DNA of 64,000 bases from an uncultured Acidobacteriaceae bacterium (GTDB taxonomy: Bacteria > Acidobacteriota > Terriglobia > Terriglobales > Acidobacteriaceae), in assembly GCA_963759355.1 (NCBI GenBank), contig CAVWYV010000003.1, positions 433,791 through 497,790 of the forward strand, read 5' to 3'. This document shows positions 1-10,002 of this stretch, in pieces. The translations under genes were made by a program, and so were the position numbers. Within the stretch, counting starts at the first letter, position 1, and every line of letters starts with the position of its first letter. Below the pieces are notes generated by a model, which saw nothing but the letters and a program-made list of their open reading frames with translations, did not search any database and was not told the DNA's origin.

Positions 1-1543
1 CGATTCCGTAAAGGTGATTCTTTTCGATGGCGCCGCCGAGCGAGTAGGAGAAGCGGCCTTTCACTTCGCCCTGGAATTGCAGGTTCCATTCGTAGTTGGT
101 GCGTTGAATGACCTCGTGCTCGAAGAACTCGGCATTGTTATAACTGCCACGTTCGTTGTCGTAGCGGAAGCCTAAGAGCACGTTGAAGAACGGGCTGGGA
201 CTCCAGTCGCTTTGGTAGTAGAGCTGGTCGCGATTGGAAGATTGATCGTCAGTGCCGGTGAGGAAGGCCACCTGGCCTGTTACGGAATAGCCGTTGGCTC
301 CGCGGACGTTGACGACGTTGCCGAAGTATTCGGTGAAGGGCCCGAAGCCGAAGTCGTAGGTGATGGGGTTGCCGACGTTGCCGAACTGCGTCTGCTGCTC
401 ACGCTTGCGGGCGATGCCGTAGCGCACGAGGTTGTGCCAGTTGCCCTGCGTGCGGTATTGCGCGGTGAGGCCGGAGAAGAGATCCTGATCGCCCTGCTTC
501 GCAGTGTTGGTGATGTTGTAGAAGTTGTACGCGCCGGGCAAGCCCTGCGCGGCGACGGTGTTGCGGAGCGTGAAGCGAATGTCGCCGTTACCGCTGAAGG
601 AGTATCCGATGTTAGCGGCTGAGGTCGCGGCGTGAAATTTGTTGTCGGAGAGCGCGTTGGAGGTGTCATAGCGGGAGAAGGCGCCGAAGTAGTCGAGCTT
701 GCGCCATGTTCCACCGAGGGTGGCTTCGTTGCGGTACTGATGCAGCGTTCCGACGTCGCCCGAGTAATTGAGCACGGGCTTCAGCGTGAAGCCGCGCGGG
801 GTGTCGATTGTGACGACACCGGCGCCGGCATCGGTGCCATGGATGGCGGAGTCAGGGCCGCGGTAGACCTCAATGCGGTCGATGGCCGTGGAGCTTACGG
901 TGCCGTAGTCGAAGGTGCCGCCGACGTCCTCTGCGGGGATGCCGTCGACGAGGACGAGATTGGCGGTGGAGTTGCCGCCGCGGATGAAGAGCGAGGTGAC
1001 ACCGCCGCCCTGGCCGGTCTGCGCAAGGAAAACGCCGGGCATCTGGCGAAGATTGTCGACGATACCGACCTGCGTAGCGAGCGCGGTACCCGGGATAACA
1101 GTGACGGGCGCGGTGAGTTGCGGGATGGGCGTGGGGATGTCGGTGGCAGAGATACTGACGGCCTGTTGTACGGTGACGGCGGAAAGCACGACGTCCTGCT
1201 GGAGAATGTCGGTCGCGCCGCCGTAAAAGTCCTGTCCGATGGAGGGCAGGAAGCCGCCGGCGGAGCCGAGTAGCGTGAAACGGCCGGAGTCGGCAGAACG
1301 AATCTCGTAAGCTCCGTCATCGTCCGCGAAGCCGATCGCGGCGACCTTGCCCTTTTCGATGAGTTGAACGCGCGCGTCGGGAACGGGCTTGCCAAGCGAG
1401 TCGGTGACACGGCCGCGGATGATGACGGCGTGCGCGGGGATGGCCAGCAGTGCGATTGCCGCCGTTGAGAGAAGAAAATGCGTGACGAGTCGCGTGCGCG
1501 AAAGGTTACCGTGCGCCCGCGGGCGCCGATGCAGAAGATTCAT
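1..1543 (-). CDS. TonB-dependent receptor, BtuB-like (5' part; runs off the window)
   Basis: Manual translation from ATG 1543: signal peptide, carboxypeptidase-regulatory-like domain (IRGRVTDSLGKPVPDARV), plug motifs SLFIRGGNSTANLVLVDGIP and IDRIEVYRGPDSAIHG. A cobalamin riboswitch lies directly upstream. Not in the ORF track because it is open at the window edge. Confidence 0.9.
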   Translation of the reverse strand, partial: MNLLHRRPRAHGNLSRTRLVTHFLLSTAAIALLAIPAHAVIIRGRVTDSLGKPVPDARVQLIEKGKVAAIGFADDDGAYEIRSADSGRFTLLGSAGGFLPSIGQDFYGGATDILQQDVVLSAVTVQQAVSISATDIPTPIPQLTAPVTVIPGTALATQVGIVDNLRQMPGVFLAQTGQGGGVTSLFIRGGNSTANLVLVDGIPAEDVGGTFDYGTVSSTAIDRIEVYRGPDSAIHGTDAGAGVVTIDTPRGFTLKPVLNYSGDVGTLHQYRNEATLGGTWRKLDYFGAFSRYDTSNALSDNKFHAATSAANIGYSFSGNGDIRFTLRNTVAAQGLPGAYNFYNITNTAKQGDQDLFSGLTAQYRTQGNWHNLVRYGIARKREQQTQFGNVGNPITYDFGFGPFTEYFGNVVNVRGANGYSVTGQVAFLTGTDDQSSNRDQLYYQSDWSPSPFFNVLLGFRYDNERGSYNNAEFFEHEVIQRTNYEWNLQFQGEVKGRFSYSLGGAIEKNHLYGI

Positions 1544-1589
1544 TCAGGGTTCCTCCGCTTCCCCCTCGGAAGCGTGGCCGTGGCAGCGC

Positions 1590-1770
1590 GTGAGAACCGG
1601 TCTCCTGACTGGCGCGATTTCAAGGCCCATCGCTTTGGCGGCTCCTTCCCGATGCGGTGGCATCAGTGGAGGCTGCCGGAACGGCCTCACCCAGCGGGTG
1701 CGCGCTTCACAGTTGCGGGGCAGTGGCGGAGTTTCACCGCGCTTCCCGAACATTCTCGAGCGGTAGCGGT
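1590..1770 (-). ncRNA. Cobalamin (B12) riboswitch
   Basis: Minus strand reads GGGAA-GCGCGGTGAAACTCCGCCACTGCCCCGCAACTGT...CCACTG...GGGAAGG...AGTCAGGAGACCGG, the conserved B12-element blocks, in the receptor 5' UTR. Ends approximate. Confidence 0.93.
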
Positions 1771-1859
1771 TGTGGGTCAGGCATCGGACACGAAGGAGCG
1801 ATGCAGGAAGGGATAGACCTCAGTTTACATGCCCTCGTTATGCAGCCAGGGAGTAGACC

Positions 1860-2825
1860 TCAGGGGATGATGAGGACTTTGCCCGCCGTCTTGCGCGCCT
1901 GCAGATCGATGTGCGCCTGCTGAGCTTCGGCCAGTGAGTAACGATGTCCGATGCGGACCTTGAGCTTGCCGGTTGCGACCCAGGTGAAGACGTCGTTTGC
2001 GCGGCGCTCGAGCTCGGCGCGGGTCTGCACGTAGTCTTTGAGGGTGGGGCGTGTGACGTAGAGCGAGCCCATGGTCGAGAGGTGGATGAGATCGAAGGGC
2101 GGGACGGCGCCGCTGGAGCCACCGTAGAGTGCCATGAGGCCGCGCGGGCGCAGGCACTTGAGCGAGTCCTCGAAGGTGGTCTTGCCGACGGAGTCGAAGA
2201 CGACGGGAAGGCCCTCGGGCGCGATCTTCTTCACAGCGTCGGCGAAGCTTTCCTTCGTGTAGAGGATGACGTGATCGGCGCCGGCTTCGCGGGAGAGCGC
2301 GGCTTTTTCTTCGGTGGAGACCGTCGTGATGACGCGCGCGCCGAGCATCTTGAGCATTTGGGTGATGAGCAGACCGACGCCTCCTGCACCCGCGTGCGTG
2401 AGCACCGTGTCGCCACGCTGGACGCGGTACGTGTCATAGACGAGGTAGTGCGCGGTGAGGCCCTGCAGCAGGACAGCGGCCGCGTCGTCGAGGTTGATGC
2501 CGGCGGGAACGTGGAGGAGGTCTTTCGCGGGCGCGCAGGCGTACCCGGCGTAGGTGCCGCGCGTGCCGTTCCATGCGACGTGGTCGCCGACGGCGAAGCC
2601 CGTGACGTCAGGGCCGACGGCCTCAACGATGCCCGCGGCCTCCTGGCCAGGAACCAGCGGGAGCGGCGAGGGATAGCGGCCTTCGCGGAAGTAGGTGTCA
2701 ATGAAGTTGACCCCGGAGGCCGCGATGCGGACCAGCACTTCGCCAGATTTGGGGGCCGGCCGGGGAATTTCGACGAGCTCCAGAACCTCGGGACCGCCGG
2801 TCTTGCTTATCTGAATTGCCTGCAT
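1860..2825 (-). CDS. qor: NADPH:quinone oxidoreductase (zeta-crystallin/MDR family)
   Basis: GVNFIDTYFREGRYP, PGQEAAG, HAGAGGVG, DSVGKTTF, GSLYVTRPTL, GKVLI motifs. Confidence 0.92.
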   Translation of the reverse strand: MQAIQISKTGGPEVLELVEIPRPAPKSGEVLVRIAASGVNFIDTYFREGRYPSPLPLVPGQEAAGIVEAVGPDVTGFAVGDHVAWNGTRGTYAGYACAPAKDLLHVPAGINLDDAAAVLLQGLTAHYLVYDTYRVQRGDTVLTHAGAGGVGLLITQMLKMLGARVITTVSTEEKAALSREAGADHVILYTKESFADAVKKIAPEGLPVVFDSVGKTTFEDSLKCLRPRGLMALYGGSSGAVPPFDLIHLSTMGSLYVTRPTLKDYVQTRAELERRANDVFTWVATGKLKVRIGHRYSLAEAQQAHIDLQARKTAGKVLIIP

Positions 2826-2867
2826 CGTTTATGTCCTTGCGGGCGCGATTGTCCTCGCAAAGACAGG

Positions 2868-3845
2868 CTACCGCAGGAGGCTCTCTTCGGACGACCGCAT
2901 ACGCACGACGCGCTCGACAGCATAGGGCGAGCGGTGCGACTGCGTGAAGAAGTGACGCACCTGGAGTTCGCCAAGCAGGCCGACACCGACGAGCTGCATA
3001 CCCGCGACGATGAGCACGCTGGCGATGATGAACATCGGGGCGTGCTCACCGGCAACGTTGTGGCCGGAGAGCAGCTTGTGGATGAGCAGCCAGATGGCGA
3101 TGCCACCACCCGAGAGCACACCGACGGAGCCAAGACCTCCGAAGAAATGCAGAGGGCGGGTCATGTACTTGAGCAGGAATCGAATCGTGAGGAGGTCAAA
3201 GAAGACGCGGAAGGTGCGGCTGAGGCCGTAGTGGCTCTGACCATTCTCGCGTGCGGGGTTGGAGATCGGCACCTCGCAGATCGTCGCGCCATACCAGCTG
3301 GCGAGCGCGGGGATGAAGCGGTGCATTTCGCCGTAAAGCGGAATGTTCTGGATGACCTCGCGGCGGTAGGCCTTAAAGGTGGTGCCAAAGTCGTGAATGC
3401 TTACGCCGGAGAGTTGCGCCATCAGCCAGTTGGCGACGCGGGAGGGCACGCGGCGGAACATGAAGTTGTCGGCACGCTGGGCGCGCCACCCGCTGACGAC
3501 GTCGTAGCCCTCTTCGAGCTTCGCGAGAAAGCGCGGAATTTCGCTGGGATCGTGTTGCAGGTCGCCGTCCATGGCGACGATGAACTCGCCGGAGGCGTGG
3601 TCGAACCCCGCGGCCAGGGCCGAGGTCTGCCCGAAGTTGCGGCGCAGCTTCACGACCAGCACGCGAGAATCGACCGCGGCAATTTCTTCGAGTAGCCGAT
3701 AAGTGCGGTCACGCGAGCCGTCGTCGACGAAGACCAGCTCAAAGGTGGCCTCAACATGCTCCATCACATCCTTTACGCGGTCGTAAAGGCGCGTAACGCT
3801 CTCCTCCTCATTGTGGAAGGGGACGACGATGGAATACTTCGGCAC
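2868..3845 (-). CDS. GT2 glycosyltransferase (polyprenol-phosphate sugar transferase, ArnC/DPM1-like)
   Basis: SIVVPFHNEE, FVDDGSRD, RNFGQTSAL, MDGDLQHDP, two C-terminal TM helices. Start placed at GTG 3845. Confidence 0.9.
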   Translation of the reverse strand: MPKYSIVVPFHNEEESVTRLYDRVKDVMEHVEATFELVFVDDGSRDRTYRLLEEIAAVDSRVLVVKLRRNFGQTSALAAGFDHASGEFIVAMDGDLQHDPSEIPRFLAKLEEGYDVVSGWRAQRADNFMFRRVPSRVANWLMAQLSGVSIHDFGTTFKAYRREVIQNIPLYGEMHRFIPALASWYGATICEVPISNPARENGQSHYGLSRTFRVFFDLLTIRFLLKYMTRPLHFFGGLGSVGVLSGGGIAIWLLIHKLLSGHNVAGEHAPMFIIASVLIVAGMQLVGVGLLGELQVRHFFTQSHRSPYAVERVVRMRSSEESLLR

Positions 3846-3933
3846 GGTTCTGATGATACGCCCTGCCAGGTCCGGACCAGCCAAACCGCGCCTTCATGGG
3901 TTCCGGTCCGCCTCACGATACACTGGAAGAACT

Positions 3934-4010
3934 GGCCCCGTAGCTCAGATGCATAGAGCGGCGCACTCCTAACGCGAAGGTCGCAGGTTGGACTCCTGCC
4001 GGGGCCACCA
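3934..4010 (+). tRNA. tRNA-Arg(CCT), atypical
   Basis: Cloverleaf: acceptor GGCCCCG/CGGGGCC, D stem GCTC/GAGC, anticodon loop CT-CCT-AA, T stem GCAGG/CCTGC, encoded CCA, Arg identity base A20. Has C19/G56 and two anticodon-stem mismatches. Confidence 0.88.
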
Positions 4011-4248
4011 TAAAACTCAATAAACATGGCAATTTGGTTACTCCACTCTAAGTTTCTATTTTCCATCATGGCGCTTGGTGGCACTTTGGCGGCACCATTG
4101 CGTCGCATAAGTTCCGAATGATTTGACCAATTCAGAGACGCTTTAACCCACATGCAATGGGCCTGACACCGATTCAGAATCTACGACACGTGCAAGGACA
4201 TCTCGGCGCGTTCTAAATCTGTTTCGGAGAGATTGTGAAGGCTCTACG

Positions 4249-4983
4249 GTGGAGTACTGCGAACCCGAATTCCTCGACCTCTTAGCCGAGATCCGCGACC
4301 GCGCCGCCATCAACCAGCGCGTCCTCGTCACCACCCTCACCAAGCGCATGGCCGAAGACCTCGCCAACTACTACTCCGAGGTCGGCGTCCGCTGCCGCTA
4401 CATGCACTCCGAGATCGAAACCCTCGAGCGCATCCGCCTCCTCCGCGACCTCCGCCGCGGCGAGTACGACGTCCTCATCGGCATCAACCTCCTCCGCGAA
4501 GGCCTCGACCTCCCCGAGGTCTCGCTCGTCGCCATCCTCGACGCTGACAAGGAAGGCTTCCTCCGCAGTCAGGGCTCACTCATCCAGACCATCGGCCGCG
4601 CCGCCCGCCACCTCGAAGGCCGCGCCATCCTCTACGCCGACAAGATGACCGACTCCATGCAGCGCGCCATCGACGAAACCAACCGTCGCCGCGAAAAGCA
4701 GGAACTCTACAACGAAGAAAACGGCATCGAACCCCGCACCATCATCCGCGCCATTAACGACTCCCTCGCCACCATCCTCAAGGCCGACTACAACGACCTC
4801 ACCGAAGAGCTCTCCCCCACCGCCGAAGAACTCACCTTCAACACCCAGGCCGAGCTGGACAGTTACACCGCGAAGCTAGAAACCGAAATGCGCGAATCCG
4901 CCAAAAAATTCGAATTCGAACGCGCCGCCACCCTCCGCGACCAAATCAAAGATTTGCGGGCAAAGGAATTCTTGTTCAGTTAA
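4249..4983 (+). pseudogene. uvrB: 3' fragment of excinuclease ABC subunit B
   Basis: [54 protein letters not shown]-terminal UVR motif [13 protein letters not shown]. The N-terminal ~430 aa including Walker A are absent. Confidence 0.9.
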
Positions 4984-5191
4984 GCCAAGCTAGTGGGCTA
5001 CCGGGATTCAATCGAAGTCCGGGGATGGATGAAATTCGAGGGACTTAATTCGCCGAAGGAGTTTTTCGAACAATTTCGCATTGATGCGGCGATTAATAGT
5101 GACAATACAAAGGACTTGCCGTACTATTTGCCCGTTCCCCCCGATTGACATATTAAACGGACTCAAATCCGAATTTGCGAGAGCCCCCCGG

Positions 5192-6541
5192 ATGCATGCC
5201 CATCGATTGCTGAGTAGTACAACGTTGCTCCTCCTGTCAGCATTGCCAATACACTCTCAAACTGGTTCCTATTTAAACGCGCCAGTCCTCGCTCCCAACT
5301 CTGACTTGGTTATTGCAATTGCGCCGGGTAGCAGGACACTGCTATTTCGGAGCTCCAAGTCCAGCAATCTGCAACCATTACCATCTGATCAATTGCTCGT
5401 TCACAATCCTTTTCGGGTTGCACTATGGCACTTCAATCCCTTGGTATCGGGGATCAAGGTCGAATCCATTGATGTAGCGGATCCGGCACAAGCCACCCTT
5501 CAAAAATTGCTTGACGACCTACAATCAGTCGCTACCACGGTGGGTGGCGGCGCGCCTGCTCATGCAATCGCTCCCGCTGCCGCGCCCAAGCCCAACTGTG
5601 CAGTGACGGAGCCCGCGCATGCTAGAGACACCCTTAGCAAGACAAAGGTGGCTGCAGCGTCGTGGCCGCATAAGATCGATGCCAGTTGGATACCACATGC
5701 CACCTACGCATCTGCGTTAACTCCCGTTATTTCAGACATTGGAGATCAATTAACATCGCTGAATGAAGCTGGCAAGAAACTCGCCGCTTGCCCTGGTGAC
5801 TTGGCCGGGGAAGCCATGACTGTTGAGCTATACGCACAGTTGCAGGATGTCGCTGATATGGCGACTAAGATTAGCGATGCAGTAAAGGGATTAACGGACC
5901 TGCAGACCGCACTCAATAACGATCTCAACCCATCGCTCTGGGATGTTTCCGGCACAGCATTCATCGTAGACCAGACCATCGACCCGAACGAGGCGACAGA
6001 AAAGAAGGTTACTATCACCGTCACTGAATTCACTCTTGACGGCACCACTTTTGCGCTGACGCAATCTGGAACTCCAATTACAGTCACATTCACCGCTCGG
6101 AAATACAGGGCGCTGTTCCCGGAACCCGGCCTAGGGGTAGTCTTCTCATTCATTGACATACCAACGTACGGGACAGGGACCAATAGCAGTAACGAAACCG
6201 TCGTCGCACTTGCTTCAACGAAGCAAACCAGTATTGCACCGACAGGGATGGTGAACTTCGTATGCAGATGTGATGCCGGCGGAATCGCACCGATGTTTCA
6301 GATCGGTGCCGCAGTATCAACGACCTTACCGGCAATACTCTTTGGCGGAGGACTGCGTCTCTTCACGTTAGGGAAAGGTGATTTTGCGGCAGGTGGCGGC
6401 GTGGCGCTCGGTTGGTATAAGGACCTTAGTAAGCTGCACGTGGGCTCAGTTATCACTGGCACGGCAGACATCAACGCTGACCTGAGTTTCATATCGGCTC
6501 CAAAACCCGCACCTTACATCAGCCTTCAATACAAGTTCTGA
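5192..6541 (+). CDS. Secreted/outer-membrane hypothetical protein
   Basis: Long ORF; signal peptide after ATG 5192, helical middle, C-terminal amphipathic strands ending YISLQYKF. Confidence 0.7.
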   Translation: MHAHRLLSSTTLLLLSALPIHSQTGSYLNAPVLAPNSDLVIAIAPGSRTLLFRSSKSSNLQPLPSDQLLVHNPFRVALWHFNPLVSGIKVESIDVADPAQATLQKLLDDLQSVATTVGGGAPAHAIAPAAAPKPNCAVTEPAHARDTLSKTKVAAASWPHKIDASWIPHATYASALTPVISDIGDQLTSLNEAGKKLAACPGDLAGEAMTVELYAQLQDVADMATKISDAVKGLTDLQTALNNDLNPSLWDVSGTAFIVDQTIDPNEATEKKVTITVTEFTLDGTTFALTQSGTPITVTFTARKYRALFPEPGLGVVFSFIDIPTYGTGTNSSNETVVALASTKQTSIAPTGMVNFVCRCDAGGIAPMFQIGAAVSTTLPAILFGGGLRLFTLGKGDFAAGGGVALGWYKDLSKLHVGSVITGTADINADLSFISAPKPAPYISLQYKF

Positions 6542-6795
6542 ACAGGAACGACCTCGGATCCTCCGGCTACCAAATACACACTCAAGTTTCGGGTTGATAA
6601 CAAGCGACCAGTGCGGATAATATGCCAACACGCTACTACATAAGCGCTGGCTTCCACCTCATGAAATCTTCCGGCTTAGTTCTGGGCACTCCAAGCTCTC
6701 ACTTATGCGGTCGCGCGTGAAAAGCTTCAACAAGACGAGCTTGTCTACGAAATTTTGAGCTAAATACTGTTAACAATGAAAGGTAGAGTCCCACG

Positions 6796-7590
6796 ATGGC
6801 AAGAACTATTGGTAGCCTCGGATGGGTTCGGGATCTCCCAGACCCGCGCGATCATCTCTTCAGTGTTCCTTTGAAGACTCTGCAGTCTTTGCCGGCCAAG
6901 GTCGACCTTGGCTCAGCCTTTCCGGTCTACGACCAAAAGGAAATCGGCTCCTGTACGGCTAACGCGTTAGCTGCAGCAGTCCAGTTCGATCGCATAAAAG
7001 ACGCCCTTGATCCAGCATTCATTCCCTCCCGGTTGTTTATCTACTACAACGAACGTTCATTAGAGGGGGACGTGCCTCTTGATAAGGGAGCACAGATAAG
7101 GGATGGTGTGAAGACACTCCAGCAGCAAGGAGTTTGTCCCGAAGACATGTGGCCTTACATTCCCACTACTCCTCCATATGAGGGGGGTCCTTTCCCGGTG
7201 GGCTCGGCGCCGGTTACACGCCCACCGCAGCAGTGCTATGACACCGCAATTAACTACACCATCAGTAGCTACCAAAGCTTGACTCAATCTCTGAGCCAGC
7301 TACAAGGGTGTTTAGCTTCAGGCTATCCATTCGTCTTCGGCTTCACGGTGTTCAAGAGTTGGTGGGAAAGTGAATCCACCATAATGGGGATGCCGGCAAG
7401 CGACGACAGTGTTGTCGGAGGACATGCTGTGCTGTGTACAGGCTACGACAACGATACACAGCTATTCAAATTTCGGAACTCTTGGGGCCCGGAGTTAGGA
7501 GAAAACGGGTACTTCTATATGCCTTATGCGTATATGACGTCTCCTGATCTAGCCGACGACTTTTGGGTGATTAATGCCACGAAGGACTAA
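6796..7590 (+). CDS. Papain-family (C1A) cysteine protease, xylellain-like
   Basis: DQKEIGSCTANA (Gln/Cys), GGHAVLCTGY (His), FRNSWG (Asn), N-terminal GWVRDLPDPRD. Confidence 0.92.
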   Translation: MARTIGSLGWVRDLPDPRDHLFSVPLKTLQSLPAKVDLGSAFPVYDQKEIGSCTANALAAAVQFDRIKDALDPAFIPSRLFIYYNERSLEGDVPLDKGAQIRDGVKTLQQQGVCPEDMWPYIPTTPPYEGGPFPVGSAPVTRPPQQCYDTAINYTISSYQSLTQSLSQLQGCLASGYPFVFGFTVFKSWWESESTIMGMPASDDSVVGGHAVLCTGYDNDTQLFKFRNSWGPELGENGYFYMPYAYMTSPDLADDFWVINATKD

Positions 7591-7704
7591 TCCCACGGAA
7601 ACGGGCTGGTGTCCCACTCATCCTCTGGCCACTGTGTCTGTCTTCCCATTGATGCAGCCCCCACCACGGGCACCAACCCATGCTTCAACATGACTTCCCA
7701 CGGC

Positions 7705-7789
7705 GGGTGGCCCACATCTGGCCTTCCTCAAGAAGGACGGGTGCCCCACATCTCGATTTAGAGATGTGGGTTCGCAGGACGCCTCGTCA
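7705..7789. repeat. REP-like palindromic repeat, copy 1
   Basis: GGGTGCCCCACATCTCGATTTAGAGATGTGGGTTCGCAGGACGCCTCGTCA hairpin; near-identical at 8787-8859, diverged at 59924-59996. Confidence 0.8.
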
Positions 7790-8051
7790 AGGCACGGCCT
7801 GTTAGCCTCGGACGGGCGGCCCGACCACATCGGCACAAACGGAACCCGTTCATGACAGTCTCATCGTCCTGAGCGGGTGAGGTGGCGGCTGGGCGGGTGC
7901 GCACTCATGCTCTGAATCACCACACCATAGGTGCCCCATTCATCGCTGCATCATCTCGATGAGTGGGGTATGCCCGCCCATCTCGTGCACGCCGAGCCAC
8001 CCAAAACAAAGAGCCTCGCGTCCGCGGGCCTCTCGCACATCCATCCTGCTC

Positions 8052-8591
8052 TTACGACAACCGCCGCTTCACCACACCGGCGAATCCCAGCAAGCCCGTC
8101 CCCAGCAGCGCAAAGCTCCCCGGCTCCGGCGTCGACGTCGGCGCGGTGCCCGAGATGTCGAGAATGATCGACTCGCCGCGGCCGCAGCTAGCACACGTCC
8201 CCGCTATGTTCAAAAACACATCCGTGCTCGAAGAGCTCGCGACAGCTCCTGAGGCGAAGGCCGCTGAACTCGCCGGATCGATCGTCACACCGCCGACGTT
8301 GAATCCGGAAAGGAATGATACATCCACGCCGTTGAATGCGCCTGCTGCGAAAATTCCCGGCTCGAGGTTTGTCACGGTGATCGTGTCCGCGCCGAATGTA
8401 ACGGTCACAAGCCCGCCAAACGTGGTTGAACTTCCAGAGGCCACGGTCTGCGTACCGTTATCGGCGTAAACCGCCGACGTATTCGGAAACAGGTATTTGA
8501 CATCCACCACCGATCCAATCATCGAATCGGCACGCGCCGCCGCGCTCCCAAACAAAACTATGGACGCGGCAATAAGCCCATACAATCGCAT
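8052..8591 (-). CDS. PEP-CTERM sorting domain protein
   Basis: Signal peptide ending AARA-D; C-terminus TPEPGSFALLGTGLLGFAGVVKRRLS. Confidence 0.92.
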   Translation of the reverse strand: MRLYGLIAASIVLFGSAAARADSMIGSVVDVKYLFPNTSAVYADNGTQTVASGSSTTFGGLVTVTFGADTITVTNLEPGIFAAGAFNGVDVSFLSGFNVGGVTIDPASSAAFASGAVASSSSTDVFLNIAGTCASCGRGESIILDISGTAPTSTPEPGSFALLGTGLLGFAGVVKRRLS

Positions 8592-8786
8592 AACGTTACT
8601 CCCCCTTGAATTCACACGCAGAAACCGTGTGTGTCCATGCCGTCCCACACCAGCAAACAGATTGCTCGGAACCCGCCTTCGCGGAACCGGCTCCCATACT
8701 TGTGAAATTGCGGTAAATCGTAGGAGAAGGCGATTACCTTGTCAAAGGAACTTTGGTGCGAATCGCGCGCTTAAAGGTAACCGTCC

Positions 8787-8859
8787 GGTGGCCCTCCTTA
8801 AGAAGGATGGGTGCCCCACATCTCGATTTTGAGATGTGGGTTCGCAGGACGCCTCGTCA
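8787..8859. repeat. REP-like palindromic repeat, copy 2
   Basis: Direct repeat of 7705-7789 (CCCACATCTC-GATTTT-GAGATGTGGG). Confidence 0.8.
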
Positions 8860-9089
8860 GGTCATAGCGCGCGTGGCCCAGCCATCCCTTGAATCGCGAC
8901 ATTCCGGGTTGGTTCTTACCCCCACCCCGGGCATCAACCCATGCTTCAACATCACTGCCCCGGCCACCTTCGGGTCAGGAGGCCCACCTCCCGCGAGCAG
9001 TGCCGCGAAGTCCCGAAAATAGGGGCCCCGGTGTCGCCACCACCAGCACCCTCGCCGGTTGATCAAACGGGTTCTCAAACCCACCCGCC

Positions 9090-9388
9090 GCTCCATCTGC
9101 GTCGAGCCCAAATGGTCGTCAATGTAGTAGTGAACGGGCTGATCAGCGCTGTCATTTATAACCTAGCCCTGGAGACTCGTTCCCACCGTACAGTGGCACT
9201 ACACTAATCTGCTGCCCCGTAAAGATCGGCGAAACAGAACTATCAACGTCGACGATGGCAATGTTCGGGCAATCCATTGACCAGTCTCCATACGTTCCAG
9301 TATCAGCGACTACTTCTATGTCCGTCAGATTTTCTCCGGCGAAGCGCTGAGCGCCTACCCAGCCACGATCTCCTGCCCCAATTGGCAT
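9090..9388 (-). pseudogene. RHS fragment (insert domain and start of core)
   Basis: IAIVDVDSSVSPIFTGQQIS...DQPVHYYIDDHLGSTQME matches 17480-17680 (IAVVHADGSVTPIFAGQQIS...DQPAHYYIDDHLGSTQME). Confidence 0.75.
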
Positions 9389-9867
9389 AAACTTACGGCC
9401 GAAACAACGACGCAGGTGAAACCATCAAGTCCGCTGTCTTGTGACCTATTGCAACCCTGATGCCGTCGGGACAAACATGTCACTCCGACATAAGTTCGTC
9501 GCATGGCTTCTGGAGATGCTCGTTGAGGCTCTGTTGTTTTACGGCGTAACTTTCAGTCATGAGCCATAGAGATCAACCCACCACTGCAAGGGACATAGCC
9601 GCCGTTACACTCGAGGAGCTAATCTTCTTCGGTATAACCGGATATGCAGTGACTACACTGGTTATGCGCGTGGCTCTTCGCGGAAGATGGGCGCGCGTGT
9701 ACCCGATCATCGCTCCACTAGCATTGACGCAAGGAGAAAGCGCTACAACCTGGAGGCTGTCCTGCTCAATTTAGCCACTGCCCGAACTGATATCGATTGC
9801 GCTGAGGATAACTGTAGAGGTCTAAACTTTGCGGGTTGTCCAGTTTGGCGTCAGGAACAGGCTGACC

Positions 9868-9985
9868 TTTAGCACTCCAGTCCGGGCTCATCCATCTGCC
9901 CATGCTCGAACCGTAGTACCTGGCGCCGAAGTAGTCGAGCCCTGATTCGGTGTCGCGTTCTTTGCCGGTGAACTTATAGAAATGG
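9868..9985 (-). pseudogene. Orphan RHS core fragment
   Basis: Minus strand FYKFTGKERDTESGLDYFGARYYGSSMGRWMSPDWS. Confidence 0.8.
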
Positions 9986-10002
9986 CGGTAGCGCCATCTT
10001 CA

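Noticed and set aside
212-1410. Several ORFs of 100-210 aa on both strands
   Set aside because: Shadows of the minus-strand TonB receptor frame, which the ORF track omits.
1944-3695. 583-aa plus-strand ORF
   Set aside because: Antisense shadow of qor and the GT2 gene in GC-rich DNA; no motifs.
7705-8859. Repeats as a CRISPR array
   Set aside because: Only two long hairpin copies 1 kb apart, no regular spacers and no cas genes.
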